A stretch of DNA of 64,000 nucleotides, from the IMG/VR virus record IMGVR_UViG_3300022223_000001, positions 4,805 to 68,804 of that record; one strand, 5' to 3'. Positions 1-8,978 of the stretch are shown here, in pieces. Source of the DNA: a virus. Every line of letters starts with the position of its first letter. Position 1 is the stretch's first letter. The position numbers were made by a program, and so were the translations under genes. The notes under the pieces are model-generated. The model was not told where the DNA came from. It saw only the letters and a list, made by a program, of their open reading frames with translations, and did not search any database.

Positions 1-1
1 G

Positions 2-1300
2 AACGATGCGGGCACGTGGATCGCCGACGCGATCAAAATCGTCCGGAGCGCCACGACCCTTACCGACATCAACCTCGGCGCCGACCTGGACCTGCAGAGC
101 AACGACATCCTGAACGCCAACAGCGTCGAGATCCACAGCAGCACGGAGGCGGCGCTGCATTTTCGTAGCGACGGAGCGGGGTTAGACCTCAAACGGTGGA
201 GGGTGCTGGCCGAAAACGACGGTAGCTTCAAACTCACCGCCGACACCGACGCAGGCGCGTTCATCGCCCATGCAATCGTAGCCCGGCGCACGGCGTCTGC
301 GGTCACCGAGATCGATGTTTACGCCGACCTCGATCTGCAAGAGAGCAACGTCAATAACGTCGGCATCCTGGATGCTGGACGCGCCACGATTCAGCACGCG
401 ACAGCGCCCCAGCTCGACATTGTCGAGGGCGACGCCGCGCTGGACGAAAAATGGTATCGGTTCGTCGCCGACGCGGGCTCGCTGCACCTGCAGACACGCA
501 CGGATTCCAACGGCGCCGGGAGCACAATCTTCACAGTCAACCGCACGTTGACGGCCGTGGACAGTCTGCAGCTGTTCGCCGGTCTGGGCATGCAGGGCAA
601 CTCGATCTCCAACGCATCGAGCGTCGAAGTTCGCGGCACGGCCCCGTCGGCGTACTTCTACGAGACCGACGCCGGCCTTGACGAGAAGTTTTGGCAGTGG
701 GTCGTTGACGGCGATCGTCTCTATCTCAGGACGCTGACTGATGGCGGCGGCGCGGGCGAAAGCCTGCTCAACATTCTGCGCACGGGCACCGCAGGCCAGA
801 GCTTGCAGTTGACCAACCTTGAGCTCGACCTGAACGGCAACGACCTGCTGAACGTCGGCACCAGCCTACAGTTCGACGCGACCGTGACGCCGACCATCGA
901 CCACGCGTCGGTGGGGGACGTGGTCGGCAAGAAGCTCACCATCCACGCCCAGGCCAACAACAGCGCGACGCTCAAGGCCGGCGACCTGGAGATCAAGCCA
1001 GGCGAGAACGCCGGGGCCGGTGCAGACGGCGATTTGATCCTGGGGCTGGGCACGACGGGGATCGAGCTAGACGGCGCAGGCAAGATCGGCATGTACGGCG
1101 CTGCCATGGTTGCGCAGGGCACTGACCCTGGGGCGCTCACGGATTCCACCGGCGGCACTGCGGACGGCACGCTCGCGGACGTGGGCGCGAGCTACTCTCA
1201 GTCAACGCTCAACAACAACTTCGCCGACCTCGCCGCGAAGATCAACGCCCTGCGCGCCCTCCTCTCGGAGGCCGCGGGCGGGATCGGGATCGCGGCATGA
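2..1300 (+). CDS. Tail fibre protein, 5'-truncated by window edge, with about 65-70 aa internal repeats
   Basis: Frame is open from nt 2, upstream of the called 203 start. Repeats of the type DAxLDEK(W/F)...DG..L.L.T.TD..G.G...RT.T....L...LDLQGN. Lies at the end of the tail module, before a lectin-like gene and the lysis genes. Confidence 0.75.
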   Translation, partial: NDAGTWIADAIKIVRSATTLTDINLGADLDLQSNDILNANSVEIHSSTEAALHFRSDGAGLDLKRWRVLAENDGSFKLTADTDAGAFIAHAIVARRTASAVTEIDVYADLDLQESNVNNVGILDAGRATIQHATAPQLDIVEGDAALDEKWYRFVADAGSLHLQTRTDSNGAGSTIFTVNRTLTAVDSLQLFAGLGMQGNSISNASSVEVRGTAPSAYFYETDAGLDEKFWQWVVDGDRLYLRTLTDGGGAGESLLNILRTGTAGQSLQLTNLELDLNGNDLLNVGTSLQFDATVTPTIDHASVGDVVGKKLTIHAQANNSATLKAGDLEIKPGENAGAGADGDLILGLGTTGIELDGAGKIGMYGAAMVAQGTDPGALTDSTGGTADGTLADVGASYSQSTLNNNFADLAAKINALRALLSEAAGGIGIAA

Positions 1301-2013
1301 GTGTGCAGTTGAGGGCGGGGCAGTTTGCCGCCGGACAGCTCGGGGGATACTGGACGCCTCAGTCCACGCCCAAGCTCAAGCTTTGGCTAAACGCCGACCT
1401 GGGCGTCATGCTTAACGGCAGCGACTGGAATGCGTGGGCGGATCAGTCCGGCCACGGGTTCGATGTGGTACAGGGGACAGCGTCGAAGCAGCCCGCCGAC
1501 TCGACGTTGAGCAACGGCAAGCGAGCGGGCCTGTGGGATGGCGTCAACACCATTCTCAAGACCACCGGTGGCGATGTCATCGACCCCGGTGATTGGACGT
1601 TTGCGGCGGTGGTCGAACCGGATATCACGCAGCCGCACTCACACCTTATCGACTCAAGCGGGGCCGGCGGCCGGCTGGTCATGGGCGTCGATGCCAACGC
1701 AAACAAGGTGGCTCACTACGATGGGGCGTGGCGCGAATACGGGGCATCGGCCGGTGGCCTACAGGCGATCACTTGGCAACTGATCGTTGGGGCAGGCGCG
1801 ACCGGCTACCGCGACGGCGCTGTCATCGGCACCAACAGCTATCCCGCCGTGAAGGGGCTCGGCTCCTCTCTATCTATTGGTGGCGATGTGTCGACAGGGG
1901 CCGGCCTCTATAAGGGCCTGGTGCGCGAGATCATCGCGTTCAGCCCAGCACTAACCACCCAGCAACTCCAAAACCTCTTCGCCTACCAACGCCGCAACTC
2001 GGGGACGCCATGA
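1297..2013 (+). CDS. LamG/concanavalin A-like jelly-roll protein, likely receptor-binding or tail-associated
   Basis: LKLWLNAD...WADQSGHG...Q.TASKQP N-terminus and IGG...YKGLVREIIAFSPALT C-terminus are typical of phage LamG-like domains. ATGA overlap with the fibre gene. Confidence 0.7.
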   Translation: MSVQLRAGQFAAGQLGGYWTPQSTPKLKLWLNADLGVMLNGSDWNAWADQSGHGFDVVQGTASKQPADSTLSNGKRAGLWDGVNTILKTTGGDVIDPGDWTFAAVVEPDITQPHSHLIDSSGAGGRLVMGVDANANKVAHYDGAWREYGASAGGLQAITWQLIVGAGATGYRDGAVIGTNSYPAVKGLGSSLSIGGDVSTGAGLYKGLVREIIAFSPALTTQQLQNLFAYQRRNSGTP

Positions 2014-2372
2014 GCCGCCACGCACTACCTCACTCTGCCGCGCAGGCCGCGCAGATCGTTGCTGCGCTCGACGTGCTCGAAGGCTATCCAAGCCGCGGCG
2101 TGCACGTCGGCGGAGGTCGACACGTCGACGCCCCGGACACATGGGACGGCACCGGCGACACCCCGTCCGGCTGGACGAAGGGCCACGAAGCCGTCGAGCG
2201 GCCCGGCGATCCAACACAACTGCGGGTCACACTGTCGCAGCAGACGCTCGCCCGGCTTGCCGACCCCGGCTACCGCGCCAACTGCAGTACCCCACAGCTC
2301 GCATTGCTCGACGGGCTCAGCCTGATCGACACGCTGCCGCCCGAGTGGGTGCCAGCGCCGGAGATTCTGTAG
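2010..2372 (+). CDS. Hypothetical protein, possible tail fibre assembly chaperone
   Basis: Translationally coupled to the upstream gene; position after fibre genes. Confidence 0.5.
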   Translation: MSRHALPHSAAQAAQIVAALDVLEGYPSRGVHVGGGRHVDAPDTWDGTGDTPSGWTKGHEAVERPGDPTQLRVTLSQQTLARLADPGYRANCSTPQLALLDGLSLIDTLPPEWVPAPEIL

Positions 2373-2440
2373 GAGACACCATGCCAGTCCCAGAGATTTT
2401 GGACGGAGAGATGTGGACGCGAGTCCCGTAGGAGAGAGAC

Positions 2441-2773
2441 ATGCCATTCACCACCAAGCTATCGGTCAACAAGGCCAACCCCCGCACCGGTGCAGTTGCC
2501 ACTGTGGCCGCGCCCTTTCATTGCCAGATCTCGATTCGGCCGAACGGCGAGGTCTTGCTTGGGATGAAGTTCCACTTCTACGCCGACGAGACGCTGGCGG
2601 CGGACCCCAACGCGGAGCCGATCGGCCAGGCGAACGTAGAGTTGACGGAGAACGACCTCAATCCCGGTCAGGTCACCGCGCTGGAGGCGATCCTCGGTCT
2701 GCTGATGGGCAAGGCGACCGAGGCCGGCGAGCAGCTCGAAGGCGCCTCGCCGCTGCCCAGTGGTGGCGGCTGA
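2441..2773 (+). CDS. Hypothetical protein
   Basis: ATG with GGAGAGAG RBS, high GC3 codon usage. Confidence 0.6.
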   Translation: MPFTTKLSVNKANPRTGAVATVAAPFHCQISIRPNGEVLLGMKFHFYADETLAADPNAEPIGQANVELTENDLNPGQVTALEAILGLLMGKATEAGEQLEGASPLPSGGG

Positions 2774-2817
2774 CGGGCAGTAGGCCCAGGACGAGCGACG
2801 AAGGCGAAGGCAGCGCG

Positions 2818-3072
2818 ATGGACGAAACTCTGCGACAGCTCTTGATGATCGGCGTGGGCATGATCACCACGCTCACGCCAATGTTGGTACTCGCCATTAT
2901 CGGTGCCGGCAAGCTGCGCGCCCAGGTCGACCATCTGATCGCATCCATCGGGCGGCTCGCCAACGCGCTCGAAAAGATCGACGCGCGCGTGGATGACACC
3001 ACGCAGCGCTTGGCGCGGGTCGAAGGTCGGCTCGCACGGATTTCGGAGATGCCAAGGGAGAAACGAACATGA
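2818..3072 (+). CDS. Putative holin or XhlA-like membrane protein (one TM segment plus coiled coil)
   Basis: MDETLRQLLMIGVGMITTLTPMLVLAIIGAG hydrophobic segment followed by a heptad region; start of the lysis cassette. Confidence 0.55.
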   Translation: MDETLRQLLMIGVGMITTLTPMLVLAIIGAGKLRAQVDHLIASIGRLANALEKIDARVDDTTQRLARVEGRLARISEMPREKRT

Positions 3073-3830
3073 GAATCCGACTCACTCTATTTCAGCAACG
3101 CGCGCTGATTGTGCTGCTCGGAGCCGGCCTGGCCGCGCTGGGCAAGCTGCTGCTCGACGACGCCAGCATGACCAACCTGGGCCTGGGCATGATTGCCACT
3201 GGCGCGGCCGCCCTGGGCGCCGCGGTGTTCAAGCGCCCGGGCGACACGCCCCCGCCGAAGCGTCGCGTCGACGGGCCGGACACCATCGTGGCGGTGCTGC
3301 TGACGCTGTCGGCCGCGAGCGCCGCGCCGGCGCCGGCCTGTGCCTCAAGCGAAACCGATGCCGTGCACCAGGCGCTCGACGAAGTGACTCGCGTAGGCAA
3401 GCCGCTGGGCAATACGATCAAGGCGGCGTGCCATGGGGCGCGCGACGTCGGGCGCATCAGCTGTCGCACGAGCTTCGTGTCCCAAGCGTGCCATGAGGAC
3501 CGAACGGAAGGCCGGCCGGCCTGCAAAGACGAAGAGTTGGCCGCCGCGCGCAACTGCTACGGGCGATTGACGACGCTGCTCGACGCAAAGTGCGACCCCG
3601 CCATCGACGCCTACGAGACCATGCGCCAACTGCAGTGGGCGACGAGACGATCGGCCAAAGCGGCCGAGACGTGCGAGCACGCCAACCGCGACCCGAGCTA
3701 CACCCTCGACTGCATGGCGACGGGCATCTCGGCGACCGGCCAGATGCTGCGCGCGCTCGATGACACGAGAGCGAAGTGGCGCAAGGCCCTGCCGCTGGTG
3801 AGACGGCTCCAGAACGGGGAGCTGCCGTGA
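3069..3830 (+). CDS. Lysis-cassette membrane protein with two N-terminal TM segments and a Cys-rich helical domain (holin/spanin candidate)
   Basis: Two TM segments, then a signal-like stretch IVAVLLTLSAASAAPAPAC and multiple Cys; ATGA coupling. Confidence 0.5.
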   Translation: MRIRLTLFQQRALIVLLGAGLAALGKLLLDDASMTNLGLGMIATGAAALGAAVFKRPGDTPPPKRRVDGPDTIVAVLLTLSAASAAPAPACASSETDAVHQALDEVTRVGKPLGNTIKAACHGARDVGRISCRTSFVSQACHEDRTEGRPACKDEELAAARNCYGRLTTLLDAKCDPAIDAYETMRQLQWATRRSAKAAETCEHANRDPSYTLDCMATGISATGQMLRALDDTRAKWRKALPLVRRLQNGELP

Positions 3831-4012
3831 GCGCTCTGGCCGTGCTGGAGTTCATCGGCGGGCTGGTGAGCCTCGGCCAGGCGGTGCTGAAGGCCGCCGG
3901 CGGCGACCCGGTGAAAGCGCAGGAAAGCCTCGAGTCGATCCGCGCGAGCTACGAGGTCGGCAAGCAGACGATCGACCAGAAGGCCGTCGAGGACTTCACG
4001 CGGGGTCGATGA
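3827..4012 (+). CDS. Small amphipathic hypothetical protein
   Basis: GTGA overlap; MSALAVLEFIGGLVSLGQAVLK. Confidence 0.5.
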   Translation: MSALAVLEFIGGLVSLGQAVLKAAGGDPVKAQESLESIRASYEVGKQTIDQKAVEDFTRGR

Positions 4013-4341
4013 TGCGATTGCTCGATCTCGAACCCCAGTTCTTGGCGGTCGAAGAGCCGGGGCGCACCTACCGGCACGTCGACACGATCGAGGAGGCAGA
4101 CGGCGTCCAGTTCCTCTGCCCGAAGTGCTTCAAGGCCAACGGCGGCGCTGTCGGAACGCACTCCGTCCAGTGCTGGTCGCCGAAGGTCTCGCCGACAGAG
4201 ACCCCCGGGCCCGGCCGATGGAACCTGCTCGGCACCGGGCTCCACGACCTTACCCTGCAGGCGGGAAGCTCGTCGGTCCTTCTCACCAGTGGCTGCAGGT
4301 GGCATGGCTTCGTGCGCAACGGTGAGGTGACCGGTGCTTAG
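4009..4341 (+). CDS. DUF6527-like Zn-binding protein
   Basis: FLCPKC...H...W...G...LTL...SV...GCRWHGFVRNG pattern. Confidence 0.65.
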   Translation: MMRLLDLEPQFLAVEEPGRTYRHVDTIEEADGVQFLCPKCFKANGGAVGTHSVQCWSPKVSPTETPGPGRWNLLGTGLHDLTLQAGSSSVLLTSGCRWHGFVRNGEVTGA

Positions 4342-4522
4342 CAGCTCGCACCCTCCGCCCGGGCCCAGCAACGGCGCGGCGCAGTGCCCCGGCTGCACGC
4401 GCCTGCTGGCGACGGTGGAACGCACATCCTGCAGCGGCAGCAAGTGCGAGGTGGAACTCTGCGCGCGGTGCGCGAAGGCGGACCCGCTGTGCCAGGGGTG
4501 TCGATTGGAGGCTTCGAGATGA
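4334..4522 (+). CDS. Small Cys-rich (Zn finger) protein
   Basis: CPGC, C..C, CARC and CQGC motifs; overlaps both neighbours. Confidence 0.45.
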   Translation: MLSSSHPPPGPSNGAAQCPGCTRLLATVERTSCSGSKCEVELCARCAKADPLCQGCRLEASR

Positions 4523-5094
4523 ACATGCTGGCCAGCGAGCAACGCGAGCTGTGGAGGGCGTTCCAGGCCCGGCAAGGCATCTCCCCTGCGACCGGACACC
4601 CCGGACCGCTGACCCTCGAAGCCGTGCTGCGCCTCGAGGGCTACGAGCCACAAGGGCCCGTGGTCGGGGAGTTCAGCTTCGGTGGACCACCGCTCCGCGC
4701 CGGCGTCGACCGCGACCCCTCGCGGCTGCTTCCGGGCTTTGCCGCTCGGGTCGAGCTGCTGTTCCAGCGCCTGCGCGCGCGCGGACTCGATCCGATGCTC
4801 TGGGAAGCGTATCGCTCTCCGGAACGCGCCGCCGCCCTTCACGCTCGTGGGTCGGGGTCCAAGCGCTCGCTGCATTGCCTGGGCGCTGCTGTCGATATCG
4901 TCCACCGCGAGGACTACTGGTCGGCCCCCGGGTCCTTCTGGAAGGCCATCGGGCAGGAGGCGAGGGCTCTCGGCCTCACATGGGGAGGGCGCTGGCGCCG
5001 GCGGGACCTGCCGCATGTCCAAGCGGTCCCCGTGTGGCGGCAGCGAGGGTTTCGCGCGATGACCGACGAGCAGCGCCGAGCAAAGGTCGCGTGA
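4519..5094 (+). CDS. Endolysin, peptidase M15 family (L-Ala-D-Glu / D-Ala-D-Ala peptidase)
   Basis: EAYRSPER...SLHCLGAAVDI...GLTWGGRW...DLPHVQ gives the M15 Zn ligands H, D, H; short PG-binding-like N-terminus (FQARQGI..TG.PGP.T). Confidence 0.85.
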   Translation: MNMLASEQRELWRAFQARQGISPATGHPGPLTLEAVLRLEGYEPQGPVVGEFSFGGPPLRAGVDRDPSRLLPGFAARVELLFQRLRARGLDPMLWEAYRSPERAAALHARGSGSKRSLHCLGAAVDIVHREDYWSAPGSFWKAIGQEARALGLTWGGRWRRRDLPHVQAVPVWRQRGFRAMTDEQRRAKVA

Positions 5095-5246
5095 CCTGCC
5101 GCGAGCTGCGCCGCGGTGCTCACATCGCCGCCCGCCTCGGCGCCGTCCTGGCCCTCGAGGGGCTGGCGCTGGGACTGGAGTGGGCCGTCGACCAGCTGCT
5201 GCACGGCGGCCAGCGCGCGACCCGGCGTCGACCGCGTTCCATCTGA
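5091..5246 (+). CDS. Small hydrophobic protein
   Basis: GTGA overlap with the endolysin stop; one hydrophobic helix. Confidence 0.4.
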   Translation: MTCRELRRGAHIAARLGAVLALEGLALGLEWAVDQLLHGGQRATRRRPRSI

Positions 5247-5402
5247 CGAGCTTTCGCTACGCCGCGCGACGACGCCCCGGCCGTCACTATGCTGCAGGTG
5301 TGACGCAAATCACGCAACGCTTGCACAGGTGACAGATCTGAGGCAATCGGCAACTATCACCGGGTCAACCGCGGCGCCATGCTGTGGGGTGGAGGTAGAC
5401 CG

Positions 5403-5783
5403 ATGCGATTCATCATCCTTGCGGCCGCGCTCGCGGCCATGGCTTGCGGCGACTCAGCGGACACGGGCCCAGACGAATCTGGCGGCGATTTTTCCAGCGC
5501 GCCGGCAGATCGCGACAGCTCCACCAGGCTGCCGATGGACGCAGGCCCGGATTCAGCGATGGACTGGTTCGGCGACTCGGACTGGGAGTGCTGCTACAGC
5601 TTCCGCTGCTCGGGCCTGTGCGACCCGGGCCAGGTGCCGACGCAGGCGCCGCACGAGCTGACCTTCTACTGCGCGCCGGACCGCGGGCAGTGCCCGGGGG
5701 AGTTCGACGGGCCACCGGATGCCGCTGTCGGTGATGCTGCGGCCGAGGACGACGCGGGCGCCGAGGACGACGCCGGCGAGTAG
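5403..5783 (+). CDS. Myxobacterial-type Cys-rich lipoprotein (moron)
   Basis: GGAGG RBS; signal MRFIILAAALAAMA|C; acidic DAG/DSA low-complexity linkers; 6-Cys core. Confidence 0.7.
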   Translation: MRFIILAAALAAMACGDSADTGPDESGGDFSSAPADRDSSTRLPMDAGPDSAMDWFGDSDWECCYSFRCSGLCDPGQVPTQAPHELTFYCAPDRGQCPGEFDGPPDAAVGDAAAEDDAGAEDDAGE

Positions 5784-6017
5784 GTGACTCAGTCGTGTAA
5801 GTTGAGCGTGGGCAAGAGGCCGCGGCGGCTCATGGCCGCCCTCGCACCACGACCGTGCTGCACCCGCAGTGCTCGCAAGGCTCAACGGCTGCCACCTCGA
5901 TCGCCCGGCGCCCGGAGTCCAGCAGTTGCCCCCACGCCCCCGGTGGTAGCTCCATGCGGCGGTGGCAGCGCTGGCAGCTTGCCTTCGGTTCCGAGTTTCC
6001 CACGCCGCTACTCTACC

Positions 6018-6239
6018 TCACGCCTCCCCAGCGTCCACCAGCCGCAGCAGCGCCCCGGTCTGCGAATAGACCCAGGCAGCGGCCTGGATCGCGCCGTCCT
6101 CGCTCAGCAGCACGATCAGCTCGGTGGCGCCGGCGCCGTCGCCGAGCTCGACGACCAGGCGGTCGGGCCAGGTCCAGATGGTGGGGGCGGCTGGGGCCGG
6201 GCGGGCCGAGGCGCGAGAGGGGATCGGTTCGGGGGTCAT
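6018..6239 (-). CDS. Hypothetical protein
   Basis: 73-aa ORF with plausible composition at the end of the leftward operon. Confidence 0.45.
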   Translation of the reverse strand: MTPEPIPSRASARPAPAAPTIWTWPDRLVVELGDGAGATELIVLLSEDGAIQAAAWVYSQTGALLRLVDAGEA

Positions 6240-6246
6240 GACCCTG

Positions 6247-7137
6247 TTATCGGCCAGTGGCGGGGTCAGTTTCGGTCTTTGTGCATTCCAGCTTCATCTG
6301 CCCTCCCTCGCTCTGAATCGCAGGGGCGGCCTCCGCTGTGACCTCCCACGGAAGGAACTTCCATCCTGCAATCAGCAGCGCACCAAGGGCTATGATGCCC
6401 AAGATCGGTGCTAGCCAAAAATCAAAGAACGAGCGTAGCTTACGGCCCGTCAGTAGGGTTCTCGCCGATGCAACCTCGGCGTTGGCGGCCTCCACCCAGA
6501 CAACCAACCGGCCCTTGAGCGTGTCCAGTGCACTGTTGTCGTCGGGGGGGATGGCGTCGACGTGCACTTTGATGGCGTCGAGCTCGTCGCGCAGTGCTTT
6601 GATCACCCTTTCGTGCCTCAAGTGGTCCGAATGCCGGTAGGAGAGATAGACGCACGCGTGAAAAATGAGAAGCCCGATTCCAAACCACACCATCGGCGCC
6701 CCAGCAGTCGCTTTCGCTCCAAGCACCTCAAGTGCTTCTGGGAGCTGAAAGTGGTTGGCGAACACTAGAGCTAGAATCGATGCCGATACGAAGTTCAGGT
6801 TGCGCTTGGCTGCGCGAGTTGCGGAGTCGAGAGGATCGGCTTCTACCTCCTGGGTCAAATCTGGATCCACGGTACCGGCAGGCAGCTCGCTGCGCTGATG
6901 GGTCTCTCGCGAGTTCTTGATGACAAGCCGATCGAGTTCTTCTTGCGTCTCAACCGTTCCATGCGTGTCCTTCGTGAGCTTGAGGACAGCAGCCAGTGTC
7001 TGATCCACGTCCTTTCCGATGGATTCCGGTGCTCTGTACTCGGGGTCGGACGCTGCGCGAGCTGCATGAACCGACACCAGCAGGCGGTACGCGCACTCGC
7101 GAAGATCCGCTGCACGGTGCCGTAGATCGTCTCCCAC
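6247..7137 (-). CDS. Membrane protein (three TM segments plus coiled coil), lower-GC moron
   Basis: 296-aa ORF with hydrophobic segments; visibly more AT-rich codons than its flanks. Confidence 0.6.
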   Translation of the reverse strand: MGDDLRHRAADLRECAYRLLVSVHAARAASDPEYRAPESIGKDVDQTLAAVLKLTKDTHGTVETQEELDRLVIKNSRETHQRSELPAGTVDPDLTQEVEADPLDSATRAAKRNLNFVSASILALVFANHFQLPEALEVLGAKATAGAPMVWFGIGLLIFHACVYLSYRHSDHLRHERVIKALRDELDAIKVHVDAIPPDDNSALDTLKGRLVVWVEAANAEVASARTLLTGRKLRSFFDFWLAPILGIIALGALLIAGWKFLPWEVTAEAAPAIQSEGGQMKLECTKTETDPATGR

Positions 7138-7177
7138 CCTTGAACGGTATCATGCACGCTGCCGACGCTTCGAGTCC

Positions 7178-8413
7178 CTAGCGCACCAGCAGCCCCAGTT
7201 GCACCGGCCCGTCGCCGCCATCCTCCCCAGGCCCGGCCTTCCCGGCGCGCTCGAGCGCCTTGGCGATGCGCGCCCGGGCCAGCTCGGCGTAGGTCTTGCT
7301 GATCTCGATGCCTACGAAGTCTCGGTCGTGGTGCACGGCCACGGCCCCGGTCGTCCCGCTGCCGGTGAAGGGGTCGAGAACGGTGCAGGGGACCGGCTCG
7401 CCGGCGTCGCAGCTGCATGTCGGGTCCCAGCCGGCCGTGCGCCGGACCCTCGAGACGTGGCCGTGGCTACCCTTCACCGCGAAGCTGTGGGGGTTGCCCA
7501 GCGAGGCCTTCGAGTACTCGCTGGGCTCGCGCCCGGCGGTGCGCTCGTTGAAGCTGAGCCCCTCGATGACGACGCGCCGGCGCCGTGGCGCTCCGCAGGC
7601 CGCACAGCACCCGGCCTCGGACGTCCCCGCCAGGATGCACGGCCGCGCCAGGTCCTCGGGGAACGTGGCGTAGTGGCCGCCGCGGTAGGGCTGCGTCGGG
7701 ATCGTCCACACCGTGCGCTTGTTGCGGTGGGTGACCAGCTCGCGCACGGCGCGGCCGAAGCTCTCGTTCTGGCGCACTCGATCGTGGGGCGTCTTGCCGG
7801 GCGGCTGGGCCTTGCCGCCGACGCCTCCCCCGCGGGTGTGCGCGCCGCCGGTGACCGGCTCTCGGATCGCATCGGCGTCGTAGAAGTAGGTCGGCGACGG
7901 CGCGAGCAGGAACAGGTGCTCGTGGCTCTTGGTCGGGCGGTCCTCGACTGCCTCGGGCATGCAGTTCGGCTTGGCCCAGATGATCTCCGATCGCAGCACC
8001 CAGCCATCGGCCTGCAGCGCGAATGCCAGGCGCCACGGCATTCCGATCATGTCCTTGCGCTGGAAGCCCGCGGGCGGTCCGCTCCAGCCGTTCAGCTTCG
8101 ACTTGCCCTTCCAGCTGGCGTCCCCGCGCTCCTGCATGAAGCTGCCGCCGCCGCCGTTGCCGCCGGCCGCGTAGGTGTCCCCCATGTTGAGCCAGAGCGT
8201 CCCGTCGGGGCGGAGCACGCGGCGCACCTCGCGGAACACCTCGACCATCGCATGGAGGAAGGCCTCGGGCGTCTCCTCGATGCCGAGCTGGCCGTCGACG
8301 CCGTAGTCGCGCAGGCACCAGTAGGGCGGGGAGGTCACGCAGGTGTGCGCGGAGGCGGCTGGCATCTCCCGCAGCCGCTCCCGGCAGTCGCCCACGAGGA
8401 CCTGGTGGGTCAC
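7178..8413 (-). CDS. DNA methyltransferase, N4-C/N6-A beta class, with Cys-rich insertion
   Basis: VTSPPYW catalytic motif, HYATFP, VLDPFTGSGTTG SAM motif; CxxC...CxC insertion; GTG start at 8413. Confidence 0.92.
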   Translation of the reverse strand: MTHQVLVGDCRERLREMPAASAHTCVTSPPYWCLRDYGVDGQLGIEETPEAFLHAMVEVFREVRRVLRPDGTLWLNMGDTYAAGGNGGGGSFMQERGDASWKGKSKLNGWSGPPAGFQRKDMIGMPWRLAFALQADGWVLRSEIIWAKPNCMPEAVEDRPTKSHEHLFLLAPSPTYFYDADAIREPVTGGAHTRGGGVGGKAQPPGKTPHDRVRQNESFGRAVRELVTHRNKRTVWTIPTQPYRGGHYATFPEDLARPCILAGTSEAGCCAACGAPRRRRVVIEGLSFNERTAGREPSEYSKASLGNPHSFAVKGSHGHVSRVRRTAGWDPTCSCDAGEPVPCTVLDPFTGSGTTGAVAVHHDRDFVGIEISKTYAELARARIAKALERAGKAGPGEDGGDGPVQLGLLVR

Positions 8414-8610
8414 GGCGTCCACCTGCCCCGGCTGCCCCACTTCAGGACGATGTAGCGGATTTGCTCCCCGGTGGCATTCCGTCCGAGGTCGCGCAGCTGC
8501 AGGGCCATTGGCCGCCTCGGTGGCTTTGGTGGCTGCCAGCGCGGCGCCAGCGCGTAGACCAGCAGGCCGGCGCCGGTGATGGCGAGGGCGGCGAGCAGGG
8601 CGGCGGTCAC
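8410..8610 (-). CDS. Small membrane protein
   Basis: VTAALLAALAITGAGLLVYAL TM segment; GTGA coupling. Confidence 0.45.
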   Translation of the reverse strand: MTAALLAALAITGAGLLVYALAPRWQPPKPPRRPMALQLRDLGRNATGEQIRYIVLKWGSRGRWTP

Positions 8611-8978
8611 GGGCGGCCTCCCGGCCGGTCCGGTACCACCTCGACCGACCCGTCTCTGTAGTGATAGAGCGCGACGCCGTCGGGCATGTAGCGGTTGGTG
8701 CGCATCTCGATGTCGCCGCGTAGGTGTGCCAGTCCAGGCGTGGCAGCGGGGCCGGCGACGACCGCGATCGGGCCCTTCCACTGCCGCCGCGTGATTGCCA
8801 CCGGGCGGCGCATGCGTCGCAGTATTGCCTCGATATCCTTCCGTATGCTCTCGCAGCTGCCGCAGCGCTCGGGAGGGTCGAAGTCACAGGGCGCGTAGCC
8901 GAGCCGCGAGACCTTGCAGACATCCCGCACAGCCTGGTCGAGCACGGCGCGGGCGTCGTCGGTGAGGTTGAGGGTCAC
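8607..8978 (-). CDS. Hypothetical protein
   Basis: Coupled ORF starting VTLNLTDDAR, contains CGSC. Confidence 0.5.
   Translation of the reverse strand: MTLNLTDDARAVLDQAVRDVCKVSRLGYAPCDFDPPERCGSCESIRKDIEAILRRMRRPVAITRRQWKGPIAVVAGPAATPGLAHLRGDIEMRTNRYMPDGVALYHYRDGSVEVVPDRPGGRP

Noticed and set aside
1-2013. Diversity-generating retroelement or invertible tail fibre cassette
   Set aside because: No reverse transcriptase, TR/VR pair or inverted cassette seen; the serine recombinase is distant and lacks a DNA-binding domain
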